DNA of 64,000 nt from an uncultured cyanobacterium (GCA_963744145.1 CAVUSO010000001.1:5408001-5472000), one strand, 5' to 3'; shown: positions 18,828 through 31,090, counted from the stretch's first letter. The notes: generated by a model not told the origin, from the sequence alone. Numbers and translations are program-made.

Positions 18828-20183
18828 ATGAATGAGTTAACTTTAGCCTGGTTTGAGTTGGGACGGGGAAAAACTTTCACCATCCGAGCTAATCCCATTA
18901 ATCAACAGTCAAGTCCAATTCGGATTGGTCGGAATCCAACTCAGTGTGATCTGGTTTTATCCCATCCCACGGTCCTGGATCTTCATGGGGAAATTTTTTT
19001 TAATGCTCAAAAGCAAAAATTTTTTCTGCGTTCTGTCCAAGCAGTTACTCCCCCTGTTGTGAATAAAGTTCCTTTGGTAACAGGAGAGGTGATGCTACAT
19101 GAAGGTGATTATATATGTTTAGGAAAATTACCTTTAAAAATTACCGCGATCGAGCTTAATTCTGGTTTAACTAAAAATTATCTTTCTAGTCCTTTAATAG
19201 GTAAATCAGATGCAGGATTTGGGTTTGAGTCCAATCATGTACCGATCTTTTCCACGAAAGTTATCCTCGGAATTGGGATCATGGCGATCGCAGTGGTTAG
19301 TGCGATCGGTGTTTATGCTTTTAATCAATTACCTGGAAAGAAAGATCAGACCAAATCAACATCACAATTAGCTGAAGTTACTTCAACCCAAACTAAAGAT
19401 TTAAAATCAAAAATCACCTCCCCTGAATCTGCTAAATCTTTGGAAAAAAAAGGATCAGAAAGTTGTGTGATAGTTAAGCATGATGAAAGTTTAAATGTGC
19501 GGAGTAGTCCTGATGGTGAAAAAACAGGTAATCTATTATCACCAGGAACAAAATTAAAAGTTACTGGAAAACAAGTAGGAGAATGGTTGGAGATTCAATC
19601 TCCGGTAATCGGTTGGGTAGAGAAAAATTATACTGCTAATGAATGTAATGCTAATAGTCAGGTAGTCGGTGAAAGCAAAACTAAAGTAAATTCAGGAGCA
19701 GCAGTAAATATTACGGTAGAAAAAGCGTTAGAAAAAGCGACAAATGGAGATATTAAAGGAGCGATCGCGATCGCTAAAAAAATTCCCCAAAAAAGTGATC
19801 AATATAGTGAAGCTGTGGGTTTGATTAGTCAATGGGAAGATGAATTAGCTGAACGAAAACGTCAGCATGATGCTCAGGGAAAAGAACTGATGGAAAATGC
19901 TTCAGCTCAAGCAGAAATAGGAGATTTTGGAGCTGCGATCGAAATTGCTAAACAAGTTAAAGCTGATAGTGCAGTTTATCAAGAAACTCAGAAAGCGATC
20001 GGTAAATGGCAAAAAGAGTTAGATAATCAATCTAAAAATAGTCTCACCAATCCCAAGAAAGCTAACACTATTACCTGGAATTGCTATAATAATGGACAAT
20101 TATCTGAACAGTTAGTTTTACCGATCGGCAAATATCCCTATGATGATCAAACCTATGCTGAAAATAATTGCGAAAAACTATAG
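18828..20183 (+). CDS. FHA-domain membrane protein with an SH3b-like domain
   Basis: FHA (IRIGR...CDLVL), a TM segment, LNVRSSP...GWV and helical repeats. Confidence 0.7.
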   Translation: MNELTLAWFELGRGKTFTIRANPINQQSSPIRIGRNPTQCDLVLSHPTVLDLHGEIFFNAQKQKFFLRSVQAVTPPVVNKVPLVTGEVMLHEGDYICLGKLPLKITAIELNSGLTKNYLSSPLIGKSDAGFGFESNHVPIFSTKVILGIGIMAIAVVSAIGVYAFNQLPGKKDQTKSTSQLAEVTSTQTKDLKSKITSPESAKSLEKKGSESCVIVKHDESLNVRSSPDGEKTGNLLSPGTKLKVTGKQVGEWLEIQSPVIGWVEKNYTANECNANSQVVGESKTKVNSGAAVNITVEKALEKATNGDIKGAIAIAKKIPQKSDQYSEAVGLISQWEDELAERKRQHDAQGKELMENASAQAEIGDFGAAIEIAKQVKADSAVYQETQKAIGKWQKELDNQSKNSLTNPKKANTITWNCYNNGQLSEQLVLPIGKYPYDDQTYAENNCEKL

Positions 20184-20218
20184 TTAACCAAGTCCTCTAA
20201 TTTTGAAAGATCAAAAAG

Positions 20219-21523
20219 TTATTCGATCGGAATCCTAATCGCAAACTCTGTCCCCTGACCTAGGACAGAATTACACTCAATTTGACCACCATGTTTTTCG
20301 ACTACAATTTGATGAGAAATCGATAAACCTAATCCGGTTCCTTTACCGGTGGGTTTAGTAGTAAATAAATAATCAAACACTCGATTTTTCACCTCCGGTG
20401 ACATTCCTAACCCATTATCTTTAATTTTGATCAAAACCTGATCAGTATCTGCTAATACTTCGGTTTTAATCGTAATTGAATTAGTCCGATTAGCTTGCTC
20501 TAATGATGGGTTTAAACTAGCTTCATCAAAAGCGTCGATCGCATTAGCAATAATGTTCATAAATACCTGATTTAATTGTCCGGAATAACAAGAAACTAAA
20601 GGGAGGTCTCCATATTCTTTAAAAATCTCGATCGCGGAGCGTTTATTATCAGCTTTGAGACGATGCTGTAAAATCATTAAAGTGCTATCAATCCCATCAT
20701 GAATATCAACTTCAACCCGACTATCTTGATCAGCACGAGAAAAATTTCTGAGGGAAACGCTAATTTGACGAATCCGATCTGTACCTAATTTCATGGATGA
20801 AATCATTTTCGGTAAATCTTGTAGCACAAATTCTAAATCTATGCTTTCGGAATGACTTTTAATTTCTGGACTTGCTTGGGGTAATTGTTGTTGATAAAGT
20901 TGTAAATGATGGATAATATGCTGGATATAGGTTTGAGCATAATTCAGATTACCCGCAATGAATCCAACTGGATTATTAATTTCGTGAGCAATTCCAGCTA
21001 CTAACTGACCCAGAGTTGCCATTTTTTCATGCTGGACTAACTGAACTTGAGCTTTTTGCAGTTCGAGCAAAGTATGTTTGAGTTCCGCTGTCCGTTTTTC
21101 GACTTGTTTTTCTAATTCTTGACGAAATTGGACGATGATCAATTGACAACGGACACGAGCTAAAACTTCTTCACATTGAAATGGTTTAGTAATATAATCA
21201 ACCCCACCAATGGTAAAAGCTCTAACTTTATCTAAAACATCATCTAAAGCACTAATAAAAATGATGGGGATAGCTTGAGTTCGGGAGTCAGCTTTTAATT
21301 GATCACATACTTCATAACCATTCATGTCGGGCATTTTAATATCGAGCAAAATTAAATCGGGAGGAGCAGCAAAAGCTGATTTGAGAGCCATTTCTCCATT
21401 TAAAGCTTTCCGAACTGCATAACCTTGTTCAGTCAGAATCGTTGATAACAATCGCAGATTTTGTGGGGTGTCATCAACGATCAGAATATCTCCCGTTGGT
21501 AGATCTGGTAAGTTGGTTTTCAT
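20219..21523 (-). CDS. Hybrid response regulator/histidine kinase (NtrB-type)
   Basis: REC (ILIVDD, LLDIKMP), HEINNP and GKGTGLGL. Confidence 0.92.
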   Translation of the reverse strand: MKTNLPDLPTGDILIVDDTPQNLRLLSTILTEQGYAVRKALNGEMALKSAFAAPPDLILLDIKMPDMNGYEVCDQLKADSRTQAIPIIFISALDDVLDKVRAFTIGGVDYITKPFQCEEVLARVRCQLIIVQFRQELEKQVEKRTAELKHTLLELQKAQVQLVQHEKMATLGQLVAGIAHEINNPVGFIAGNLNYAQTYIQHIIHHLQLYQQQLPQASPEIKSHSESIDLEFVLQDLPKMISSMKLGTDRIRQISVSLRNFSRADQDSRVEVDIHDGIDSTLMILQHRLKADNKRSAIEIFKEYGDLPLVSCYSGQLNQVFMNIIANAIDAFDEASLNPSLEQANRTNSITIKTEVLADTDQVLIKIKDNGLGMSPEVKNRVFDYLFTTKPTGKGTGLGLSISHQIVVEKHGGQIECNSVLGQGTEFAIRIPIE

Positions 21524-21615
21524 TGATGCTCTTCAATAATTAAAATTTATTTTTCGTTGATGATCCAAATCAACATATCTCGCACTAACTATACCAGTTT
21601 GGTCGCGATCGCTAA

Positions 21616-22938
21616 TCACTGATTCATCTGGGATGATTGGGTTGGTAAACATAAGGTAAAAGTAGATCCTTGACCTAATACACTCTCTAGTGTTACATAT
21701 CCTCCCATAATTTGACATAACTTTTGCGTCAGAGCTAAACCCAATCCTGTACCACCATATTTCCGGGTACTTGACTCATCTACCTGGGTAAAGGGGTGAA
21801 AAATTCTTGACTTTTGTTCCTCACTAATTCCAATTCCCGTATCCCTGACCTGAAAATATATAAATTCTTTAACCAAAAAATTATCTGTGTTTTTATCTGC
21901 TCCTAAAACTAAGGGAAAGGTCTTTTTGAAGATTTGACTATTAACTCCTACTGGACAACGCTCAATGGTAAGGGAAATCTTACCTTTTTCTGTAAACTTA
22001 CAAGCGTTGCTAAGTAAATTTAGTAAACTCTGATGGACTTTATTGACATCATTATAGATAATACCCGGATCATTAAGATAAGTTACTTGTAAACTATTAT
22101 CTTTTTCTTCTACTAAAGGTTGAATTTTAGTAACTAAGGATTCCACTAATTTCATAACGTGAATTTTTTCGATTAAAAGACTCTCATTTCCGACTTCAAT
22201 ATTAGACAAATCAAGGATATCATTCACCAAAGTTAATAGATGATGACCAGCTTGAGAAATTTTCTCTAAATCTGGGATAAAATTTGGTTGTCCTAATTCT
22301 TCAGATTCTTCTTTAAGAATTTGACTATAGCCAATAATAGCATTGAGAGGAGTCCGGAGTTCATGACTCATATTTGCTAGAAATCTACTTTTAGCATAGT
22401 TAGCACTTTCGGCAACTTCTTTAGCTTTTATTAATTCTTGTAAAGACAATTCTAGCTGAATTTGAGTTTGTTGTAAATCTGATAGTGTTTTAGTTAACTC
22501 AGCGGTGCGCTCCTCCACGCGTTTTTCTAATTCTTTAGTCAATTGACGTAAATGAAGATGAGTTTTCACCCGGGCTAAAACTTCTTCATATTCAAAGGGT
22601 TTGGTAATATAGTCTACTCCACCAATTGCAAAACATTTAACTTTATCTAAAATATTATCTAAAGCACTAATAAAAATTATCGGTATATCCCGGAATTTTT
22701 CGTTAGCTTTGAGATGTTCACATAACTCATAACCATTCATTTCGGGCATATTAATATCCAGTAAGATCAAATCGGGAAGAACCGATTGGACTGATTTCAG
22801 AGCCATAGGTCCATTCAACGCTTTGCGAACTAAATAACCTGCTTCAGTCAGGATTGTAGATAAAATGCGGAGGTTCTGGGGCAGATCATCAACAATCAAA
22901 ATATATCGATTATCTTTACTGTTGTTATCATTAATCAT
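21616..22938 (-). CDS. Hybrid response regulator/histidine kinase
   Basis: [18 protein letters not shown] and GGTGLGL. Confidence 0.92.
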   Translation of the reverse strand: MINDNNSKDNRYILIVDDLPQNLRILSTILTEAGYLVRKALNGPMALKSVQSVLPDLILLDINMPEMNGYELCEHLKANEKFRDIPIIFISALDNILDKVKCFAIGGVDYITKPFEYEEVLARVKTHLHLRQLTKELEKRVEERTAELTKTLSDLQQTQIQLELSLQELIKAKEVAESANYAKSRFLANMSHELRTPLNAIIGYSQILKEESEELGQPNFIPDLEKISQAGHHLLTLVNDILDLSNIEVGNESLLIEKIHVMKLVESLVTKIQPLVEEKDNSLQVTYLNDPGIIYNDVNKVHQSLLNLLSNACKFTEKGKISLTIERCPVGVNSQIFKKTFPLVLGADKNTDNFLVKEFIYFQVRDTGIGISEEQKSRIFHPFTQVDESSTRKYGGTGLGLALTQKLCQIMGGYVTLESVLGQGSTFTLCLPTQSSQMNQ

Positions 22939-25900
22939 TGGCGATAATTTTGAATTAAGTTTATGATTTTGTCAAATCGAAAATTATTAGACCAATCAGC
23001 TAATGTATCAGCTAATAGAGTATATTCAGGCGGGATTTCCGTCCCTAGTTGTAAAATTAATTCATCATAGCCTTTGATGGCTGCTGTATGCAAACGTTCT
23101 AACCATTCATCGGGCATTTTAGATAACTGGAAATTTAGGTCTATCTTGCCATTATTTTCCTCATTTTTGACTTTGCTGACATGATTTTTAACGGTTGAAT
23201 CTTCATAGATATAAACTACTCCTAAATATTCAGCCATTTTCGCTAACAACACTTCCTCACGGAATGGTTTGCGGACAAAATCGTCACAACCTGCGGACAT
23301 CACAATGCTACGATCTTCATCTAAAGCACTAGCTGTCAGCGCAATAATCACTGTCGCTTGACCTTTTAAATGTGCTTTAATCTGTTTAGTAGCTTCATAA
23401 CCATCCATCACGGACATTCGCATATCCATCCAAATTAGATGTGGTTCCCACTCTGACCAAATTTCTACTGCAACTGCACCATTTTCAGCTTCTTTGACCT
23501 CAAACCCAATCGTTGACAGTAGTCTAACTAATAACAAGCGACTTTCAAAGCGATCTTCAACTACTAAAATCCGATAGGAAGGTTGATCAGGAGCTAGTTT
23601 CAAAACTTTTCCTGTCGATTGTCCATAATGAATCTCCTGGGGGTCTGCTAAACTAACTTGTACGTTAAATTTAAAAATAGTTCCTCGATCTAATGTACTA
23701 CTAACGCTAATTTCTCCACCCATCATTTCCACAAATTTACGACTAATGGGTAAACCCAGTCCAGTCCCAGTTTGGGATTTTCGTCCGGTTTCAGTTTGGA
23801 CAAAAGGTTCAAATAACAGATTAAGTTCGGAAGGGGCAATTCCTGGACCGGTGTCTTCGATTTCAAAGAACAAGTTTACTGGTTGTCTATAAGGAGAATT
23901 TTTTGGCTGATTAATTGTGTCTAATAATGGTTGTTTAAAGATCCGCAGCACCACACCTCCTGTTTCCGTAAATTTAATTGCATTACCGAGTAAGTTAATT
24001 AATACTTGGCGAACTTTACTTTCATCAGCATATATATAATGGGGAACGTTGCTCGCAATTTCAAAAATTAATTCTAAGTCTTTCGATTTAGCTTTTAGTT
24101 GTAACATATCTTCCAGAATATCTAGCAGTCGATATAAATCAAAACCATTTTCATTGAGAGTTAGTCTTCCTGCTTCAATTTTTGACATATCCAAAATATC
24201 ATTAATTAGTTCCAGTAAATGTTCCCCACTACCACTAATAATTGCTAAGGTTTTTTTCTGCTCCTCTGACAGTGCAGGATCTCGGTTCATAAGTTGAGCA
24301 AAACCTAGAATCGCATTCAGAGGAGTTCGCAATTCATGGCTCATATTTGCCAAAAATTCACTTTTAGAACGATTCGCGGTATTAGCAGCGATCGCGACTT
24401 GTTTAAGAGCTGCTTCTGCACGTTTGCGATCGCTAATATCATTTGATAGAGACAGCAAACATTTTTGTCCATTTAAGTAAATAATTTCCGTAGATAATAG
24501 CCCAGTTTTTATTTCTCCTGATTTGGTCTGAAATTCAAATTCATAATTACGAATTGCGGTATTACCTGTCATCATATCAAACATTTGTGCCCGCGCTTCA
24601 GGATTGACCCACAGATTTAATTCGGATGAAGTATGACCGATTACTTCTTCTCTGGTATAACCAATCATCCGACAAAAAGCATCATTTACCTCTAGATGAG
24701 AGCCATCATTCAAACTGGTAATGGTAATGGGATTAGGTGAGGAAACAAAAGCTCGAAAAAACTTTTCTTCTGAATGTAATAAAGCAGCTGTACGTTGTTC
24801 TATTTGGGTTTCTAAATCTTTATTTGTCTGTTCCCATGCACTAAAAGTAGTACCTAATTGCTGTGACATTAAATTAAAAGAGGTAGCTAAAATTTCTAAT
24901 TCTTTAATCCCATGTCCTTGAATATTTTGGTTTAATTCACCACGACTAATTGCTTGAGTTGCTTGGCTTAATTGTAAAATGGGTTTGATAATCAAACGGG
25001 ATGTAAAAATTCCGCTAATTATGCTTAATCCTAATACTCCTAAACAAATAAATATCGTATTATATATATGGGAATTAATTTGTCCCATCAAATCTTCAGT
25101 GGGAATTACTACCACCATCAACCAATCTAAACCAAATTGATCTTGGATGGGGGATACTTGGACAATTTGGGTTTTACCAGCTAGTTCAAAGCTAAGTGTT
25201 TCACGATTTTTAATTTGACTAAACTTGCCAAATTGATTTAATAAAAATTTTCCAGTTGCTTGCATAACTGGAATACTACTCTCCATCACAGATAACCGTT
25301 TTTGTTGACCATTGCTAGTAATAAAAGGTGACTCATTACTAGAATTAGCAATCAGTTTGCCGGTGCGATCGATAATGAAAGCTTTACCTGATTCACTAAT
25401 TTTTTCTTGGCGCAATAAGTCACTAATTTGGTCTAAACTAATATCATTACCTAATCCTCCTAAAAATTCTCCAGTCCGAGTATAAATTGGGGTAGCATGG
25501 GTAAGGGTAAACAGTGAATGTTCATTTACTTGATAGATCAGACTCCAGATCGGTTTTTTTGCTTTTGCAACTGCTTGATACCAGGGGGGAAGTCCAGCAG
25601 CATCATTAATACTACTAATTAAGGTATTTCGATTACCAAAGTTATCCAGCGTATAGGTATTAACTTTTCCCAGGGTAGATTGATCTTTAATCTCTACAAC
25701 TGGTAGATTATTGTCACGCTTTCTGATCGTAATAAATTGTCTATTTTTATTAATAAACCGGATTAAAGATACTGAATTTGAGCTTCTAATTTGAACCCAG
25801 AAATACTGTTGCAAAACCTGGAAATTACTAAAATTGATAATTTGAGTACGTTGGGCATCTAAGCTAACTTGATTAAGCCCAGGAGCTGACTTTAAATATG

Positions 25901-26111
25901 TTTGTACTTCTTGCTCAAGATTGACAGCTATCTTCCCGCTCAACTGACTAGCTAAATCAGTCATAACTCTACGTCCGTTTCGCAAGGATAGATATCCCGT
26001 AATGCCCACTATTCCTAAAGTTTGGAGGACAAACGGAATACTTAAAACTAGACGTAGCGGGACTTGAAAATAATGTTGCTTCAACCTACTGGTAAGAGTT
26101 TTAAATAACAT
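22935..26111 (-). CDS. Membrane hybrid sensor kinase (Cache-HAMP-PAS-HisKA-HATPase-REC)
   Basis: Two TM segments around a periplasmic region, [16 protein letters not shown] and a C-terminal REC. Confidence 0.9.
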   Translation of the reverse strand: MLFKTLTSRLKQHYFQVPLRLVLSIPFVLQTLGIVGITGYLSLRNGRRVMTDLASQLSGKIAVNLEQEVQTYLKSAPGLNQVSLDAQRTQIINFSNFQVLQQYFWVQIRSSNSVSLIRFINKNRQFITIRKRDNNLPVVEIKDQSTLGKVNTYTLDNFGNRNTLISSINDAAGLPPWYQAVAKAKKPIWSLIYQVNEHSLFTLTHATPIYTRTGEFLGGLGNDISLDQISDLLRQEKISESGKAFIIDRTGKLIANSSNESPFITSNGQQKRLSVMESSIPVMQATGKFLLNQFGKFSQIKNRETLSFELAGKTQIVQVSPIQDQFGLDWLMVVVIPTEDLMGQINSHIYNTIFICLGVLGLSIISGIFTSRLIIKPILQLSQATQAISRGELNQNIQGHGIKELEILATSFNLMSQQLGTTFSAWEQTNKDLETQIEQRTAALLHSEEKFFRAFVSSPNPITITSLNDGSHLEVNDAFCRMIGYTREEVIGHTSSELNLWVNPEARAQMFDMMTGNTAIRNYEFEFQTKSGEIKTGLLSTEIIYLNGQKCLLSLSNDISDRKRAEAALKQVAIAANTANRSKSEFLANMSHELRTPLNAILGFAQLMNRDPALSEEQKKTLAIISGSGEHLLELINDILDMSKIEAGRLTLNENGFDLYRLLDILEDMLQLKAKSKDLELIFEIASNVPHYIYADESKVRQVLINLLGNAIKFTETGGVVLRIFKQPLLDTINQPKNSPYRQPVNLFFEIEDTGPGIAPSELNLLFEPFVQTETGRKSQTGTGLGLPISRKFVEMMGGEISVSSTLDRGTIFKFNVQVSLADPQEIHYGQSTGKVLKLAPDQPSYRILVVEDRFESRLLLVRLLSTIGFEVKEAENGAVAVEIWSEWEPHLIWMDMRMSVMDGYEATKQIKAHLKGQATVIIALTASALDEDRSIVMSAGCDDFVRKPFREEVLLAKMAEYLGVVYIYEDSTVKNHVSKVKNEENNGKIDLNFQLSKMPDEWLERLHTAAIKGYDELILQLGTEIPPEYTLLADTLADWSNNFRFDKIINLIQNYRQ

Positions 26112-26450
26112 TGATAGTACCTGACCATTTGCACTGTACAAGATTTTCGGGAGTTAGCTGCTGTTACTAAGATTTATCCATCAATTTTGAATGTAAAAAT
26201 ATAAGCTAGTTAATGATTTTTGCCAAAAGAATACTTCCTAATTAAAAATTTTGCTTGCCCATAATTACCAATATTTGAACCCTCAAAGTTAGAATTGTAG
26301 CTGACTCAAGCATTAACTCGGTTCCCCATTGAGCAATCGCTTTGATTGCTTAAATTAACTACTTGGTCTCAATTAACCTTTTATATGATCTGGACCAAAA
26401 ACTTACAGAACGTCAGCTCGGCCCTAATTCATATATTATAAGGAGTGAAG

Positions 26451-26543
26451 ATGAAAACCCCCAAAAATGCTTTTAGTGTTCTATGTCAAGCTCGGGGATG
26501 TTTCAACTATGCCCCCTCGCTATACCAGACTGAGGAACGTTAA
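26451..26543 (+). CDS. Putative 30-aa small ORF MKTPKNAFSVLCQARGCFNYAPSLYQTEER
   Basis: AAGGAG Shine-Dalgarno 5 nt upstream of the ATG; no recognisable homology. Confidence 0.3.
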   Translation: MKTPKNAFSVLCQARGCFNYAPSLYQTEER

Positions 26544-26735
26544 TCTCATCCAGGTTGAAATTTCTTCTGATCTAGGATTGAGTCGGTCTTTTGCCATTTT
26601 ACCTGGTCTTCCATATCATAAAATTGCACCAATATTCTGTCTTCCTTAAGGAAATTTTCTGTTAAAAAATATAAAATTTTTGTAAAATTACTAATTTTTC
26701 CACCACTATTCAGCAAAAGGTGTTATATTGAATAG

Positions 26736-27326
26736 TGAAAGTTGTTCATCTAGTTGGGTTGCACAGATAAATTGAAACTCCATGCAATAGCTGACTATAA
26801 CTGGCGAATCCTCTGGTCCCTAGACCTGAAATTAAAGCGGAAACGTCATTGCGATCCCACCTTATCGTGGACTGATAGTTGTGAAGTGCCCAGTATGTGC
26901 TGATCGACCTGTAAGTTCAGGTTTGCAACTGCCAAGTTAAATCAAGGCACCGTAGAGACGCGATCGGTGTAAAAATGGCAAGCAAACTGGGTCGATCAAG
27001 CTCATGCAAATGAGATTTTTTTAATAATCTAATGGTAGATGCGGCAAAACGCGCTGCTGAAATAGCTGGATTTGTTTTAAATTAGGCTGGGATCGCTCCT
27101 TGGGAAATGGTCATTTACCCATGGGAAGAATCAAAAAGCTTGGTTTAGGAACAATAATGTACGTGCTATTAGCTGAAGTAAGCCCAAACTGTTTGGAACT
27201 GTTTAGATCAGATCCGGACTGTGATCACTTGGAAGTGATTTTTAGCTACTGATAGTCTCAGCTAATCGGACAACACCTAATCTGCGTCAGTTAACCTGTT
27301 AATCCTACTTTTGGAGATGAAAAAAA
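26736..27326 (+). ncRNA. Candidate large structured leader/ncRNA upstream of speY
   Basis: Extended -10 (TGtTATATT 26721-26729), many nested complementary segments and GNRA loops, no long ORF. Confidence 0.45.
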
Positions 27327-28532
27327 ATGTCTAAAATCCTTAATCACAAAATTGCTCCTGCACCAATTCCCTCCACCATTAATGTGGTTGATTTAATTGA
27401 TGGTTACTTCACCGCTTATAATTCAGCGCGTTTGCGGGAAATCTGTCATCTGCTCAGTCAGAAAGTAATGTGTCAAGGAGTGACGGTAGGACTCAGTTTA
27501 TCAGGTGCAATGACACCTGCTGGTTTTGGAGTTTCGGCTTTATCACCTTTGATCCGCAATGGTTTTATTGACTATATCATCAGCACTGGAGCCAATTTAT
27601 ACCACGACATCCATTATGGATTGGCTTTAGATCTATATGCCGGTAATCCATTTGTTGATGATGTGCAACTACGTGAAGAAGGTCATATTCGGATCTATGA
27701 CATTGTCTTTGACTACGATGTCTTATTACAAACAGACGCATTTATTCGGAAAATTCTCCGCGCACCAGCTTTTCAAAAACGGATGGGCACAGCTGAGTTT
27801 CACTATTTACTAGGCTACTATGTCCGGGAAGTGGAAAAACAATTAGGTGTCAAACATTCTTGTTTACTAGCTACAGCATACGAATGTGGTGTACCCATTT
27901 ATACTTCTTCTCCAGGAGATAGCTCAATTGGGATGAATGTTGCAGCTTTAGCTTTAGAAGGTTCGCAGTTAATCATTGACCCAGCAATTGATGTGAATGA
28001 AACCGCAGCGATCGCTTACTGTGCTCGGGAAAGCGATCTACCTGGGGTAGAAGGTAAAAGTGCCGCAGTGATTATCGGTGGTGGTAGTCCGAAAAACTTT
28101 CTTCTCCAAACTCAACCTCAAATCCACGAAGTTTTGGGTTTACCAGAACGTGGTCACGATTTCTTTGTGCAAGTAACTGATGCTCGTCCAGATACTGGTG
28201 GACTTTCCGGTGCTACTCCTAGTGAAGCAGTGAGTTGGGGAAAAGTTGACCCCCATGAATTACCTAACACCGTTGTTTGTTACACCGATAGCACGATCGC
28301 TTTACCGCTCATTGCTGCTTACATTATGAATCAAAACCCCTCCCGTCCTTTAAAACGGCTGTATGACCGGAGATCGCAGTTGTTGACCAAACTCCAATTA
28401 GATTATCAATTAGCCCAAGCTAATGCGGCTCAATCCGTACCAGTCATGGTAGCTCCCAACCCAACCGGGCGATCCGTCGCTACTTATCCTTGTGGTACAC
28501 CAATTCGCAATGGTCATTCTGGTCATGGTTAG
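27327..28532 (+). CDS. speY: Deoxyhypusine-synthase-like homospermidine biosynthesis protein
   Basis: [24 protein letters not shown] and [16 protein letters not shown]. Confidence 0.85.
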   Translation: MSKILNHKIAPAPIPSTINVVDLIDGYFTAYNSARLREICHLLSQKVMCQGVTVGLSLSGAMTPAGFGVSALSPLIRNGFIDYIISTGANLYHDIHYGLALDLYAGNPFVDDVQLREEGHIRIYDIVFDYDVLLQTDAFIRKILRAPAFQKRMGTAEFHYLLGYYVREVEKQLGVKHSCLLATAYECGVPIYTSSPGDSSIGMNVAALALEGSQLIIDPAIDVNETAAIAYCARESDLPGVEGKSAAVIIGGGSPKNFLLQTQPQIHEVLGLPERGHDFFVQVTDARPDTGGLSGATPSEAVSWGKVDPHELPNTVVCYTDSTIALPLIAAYIMNQNPSRPLKRLYDRRSQLLTKLQLDYQLAQANAAQSVPVMVAPNPTGRSVATYPCGTPIRNGHSGHG

Positions 28533-28554
28533 CTATCCGCTAATCTAACCAACT

Positions 28555-28620
28555 AAGAAACCGGGTTTCTCGACCAAATGGTCGGTTGTTGACCGATCGC
28601 TAGAGAGAAACTCGGTTTTC
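28555..28620. repeat. AGAAACCGGGTTTCT-type palindrome pair between convergent genes (possible terminator)
   Basis: aagaaaccgggtttctc ... gagaaactcggtttt. Confidence 0.6.
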
Positions 28621-28675
28621 GATCGCGAATAGTTATTTTCAGCTAGGCATAATTCAGATCAAAATCTGCTTCTAT

Positions 28676-29803
28676 TTACATAATTGCTAGAACGAATTCA
28701 CCCTCATTAACAGACTGGTTAATCGCAACATGAAAAACTAATCCACATCGGTCTGAATGAACATTTTTAACACTAGGGAACTGCTGTGACTTATCAAAAT
28801 TCAAAACCTGGTACAGCAGATCCCCTGGCTCAACTGAAGTACCAAGTGCTACCCTGGATTGAACCATACCACCTACCGGTGACCAGTATTTTTTTACCTG
28901 GCTTACGGGTCTGAAACTCATGTTGAGTTGGATTAATTGTTCTGGGAACAAGTTTTCTAGATTGAGAATATGTTTTTGAACTAGGTAGTTCTTTACTCCC
29001 AAAACTCCATGGGAAACTGAATTTGGATTCATTTCCATTCCCGGACCTAGTTCTAGGGTGTATGCTTCTACATCGAATTTGATTTGTTTCCCTAATTTAG
29101 ATAGGATATTCTCTAAAGCCAACCAAGGCTTTATAAACGCTTCATCAAAAGCATCCCCATCATAATCATCCAACATAATCCCATGCTCAAACAAGAATAA
29201 CTTGGCACTTTCTTCGCGATCGCGGAAGTAATACAAATATTCCAACCCATAATTAGTATTACTGTGCAAATCGATCAAATAGTCAGCGTCTAAACAGAGA
29301 GATTGCATCTTATACCGATATTTATCAGTTAATTGAACACTACTAGGGGCATCAATTTTAGTTTTAATCTCTGCAAAGCTAGTTTTAATTTTCTGTTTAT
29401 AGTTCTGCTTAATGAGTTCTGGAGCAAAATCAATTTGAGACTGGGCAAACTCTTCTAAATCTTGACAAACTTTTTCATAGTCCCAGTAGATGCGATTCCA
29501 ATCCTTACCATCATAGGTATTGAATCGTCCGGTAGCAAACTGATGGGAACGCTGGTTTGTTGCTAAGGGATTACAGACCGGAACCAGCCAAATTTCTCCA
29601 GTTAAGACTTCTGATTCAAGAGTCATCAAAAACTCAATTAATTGATAAATGACAGCATTACCGACAATTTCACTACCATGTAAGTTAGCTTGGAGGTAAA
29701 CTTTCTTACCCGGTCTAGCACCAGAGAACCTATAGACTTTGATCGATAGGTGATCACCAGAAGCAAGTTGTAGGAGGGGAATAGTTTCAATGGTTGGAAT
29801 CAT
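28676..29803 (-). CDS. Succinylglutamate desuccinylase/aspartoacylase (M14) family protein
   Basis: HGSE, DWNR and IDLH zinc motifs; C-terminal biotinyl-like segment. Confidence 0.88.
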   Translation of the reverse strand: MIPTIETIPLLQLASGDHLSIKVYRFSGARPGKKVYLQANLHGSEIVGNAVIYQLIEFLMTLESEVLTGEIWLVPVCNPLATNQRSHQFATGRFNTYDGKDWNRIYWDYEKVCQDLEEFAQSQIDFAPELIKQNYKQKIKTSFAEIKTKIDAPSSVQLTDKYRYKMQSLCLDADYLIDLHSNTNYGLEYLYYFRDREESAKLFLFEHGIMLDDYDGDAFDEAFIKPWLALENILSKLGKQIKFDVEAYTLELGPGMEMNPNSVSHGVLGVKNYLVQKHILNLENLFPEQLIQLNMSFRPVSQVKKYWSPVGGMVQSRVALGTSVEPGDLLYQVLNFDKSQQFPSVKNVHSDRCGLVFHVAINQSVNEGEFVLAIM

Positions 29804-29911
29804 CTCAATAGCTTAATTAGGGTTAGGAAAGGTGACTAACGGTTGGACAAACTGTTGATGGGTATTTAACCACAAGAGATTTGCTATGGGTGGTGGCGAT
29901 CGCCCAAAATA

Positions 29912-31090
29912 TTATTTATCCCAAATACAAATAGACTCTGGTTTAACTGGACAAACTTTGTTATTAATTGGATTATTTTTGAGATAAACTCTATAAAGTT
30001 TAGTTAAAAATTGTAATGGGGTTAGATCAGTAATTTGATTATTATTAATGTAAATGTCACGAAGATTAGGTAAAGATTTTAATGGGCTTATATCTCTAAT
30101 CTGATTACGGTCAAGCTGAAGATATTCAAGATTAATCAAAGGTTTTAATGGGGTTATATCAACAATTTGATTATCGTTAAGATAGAGAAAATCAAGATTA
30201 GTTAAAGATGCTAATGAGGTGATATCACTAATTTGATTATTAGTAATATAGAGAGAGCCAAGATTAATCAAAAATTTTAATGAGGTTATATGATTAATGT
30301 GATTATTATTAAGATAAAGAAATTTAAGATTAATCAAAGATTGTAAGGGCGTTATATTACTAATTTGATTATTATCAAGCTGGAGAGCTTTCAGATTAAT
30401 CAAAGATTGTAATGGGTTGATATCACTAATCTTATTGTAACCAAGATCAAGAATTTTAAGATGAGTGAAAGATCGTAATTTAGTTATATCACTGATTTGA
30501 TTCTTGCCAAGAGTTAGAGATTGAAGATTAGTCAATGATTGTAAGGGAGTTAGATCACTAATCTGATCATTAAAAAGAGTTAGAGATTGAAGATTAGTCA
30601 ATGATTGTAAGGGAGTTAGATCACTAATCTTATTGTAACTAAGATTAAGAATTTTCAGATAAGTGAAAGATCGTAATTGAGTTAGATCACTAATCGGATT
30701 ATTAAAAATAGTTAGAGATTGAAGATTAGTCAATGATTGTAAGGGAGTTAGATCACTGATTTGATTGTTACCAAGAGTTAGGGATTGAAGATTAGTCAAT
30801 GATTGTAAGGGAGTTAGATCACTAATTTTTTTGTACCATGGTTCTATTAGTTCTATATTTGTTAACTTTAAAAGTCTTTGATTAGCCTGATCACAATCAT
30901 TGCTATTGACATAGTTCAATAACGCCTGAACTGTATATTTAACTGGAGCAGCCAAACTATCTTTATTATTACACCAGTCAGCAAAAGTTTTATAATTGCT
31001 GGTTGGTTCTTGGGCTGCTACAGACAATAAGCTAGACCCCAATATTAGAGCGATCGCACTTCCAACCCCTATCAATTTCCCTAACCGCAT
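29912..31090 (-). CDS. Secreted internalin-like leucine-rich repeat protein
   Basis: Signal peptide, FADWC cap and 22-aa LRRs (ISDLTPLQSLTNLQSLTL); several repeats are nearly identical at DNA level. Confidence 0.92.
   Translation of the reverse strand: MRLGKLIGVGSAIALILGSSLLSVAAQEPTSNYKTFADWCNNKDSLAAPVKYTVQALLNYVNSNDCDQANQRLLKLTNIELIEPWYKKISDLTPLQSLTNLQSLTLGNNQISDLTPLQSLTNLQSLTIFNNPISDLTQLRSFTYLKILNLSYNKISDLTPLQSLTNLQSLTLFNDQISDLTPLQSLTNLQSLTLGKNQISDITKLRSFTHLKILDLGYNKISDINPLQSLINLKALQLDNNQISNITPLQSLINLKFLYLNNNHINHITSLKFLINLGSLYITNNQISDITSLASLTNLDFLYLNDNQIVDITPLKPLINLEYLQLDRNQIRDISPLKSLPNLRDIYINNNQITDLTPLQFLTKLYRVYLKNNPINNKVCPVKPESICIWDK

Noticed and set aside
20219..26141. Three tandem hybrid histidine kinases
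   Set aside because: A common arrangement in filamentous cyanobacteria, with no unusual domains seen.
26736..27326. tmRNA, RNase P RNA or a group I/II intron as the identity of the structured region
   Set aside because: I find no tRNA-like ends, no GAGGAAAGTCC signature, and no recognisable group II domain V or group I P7 core.
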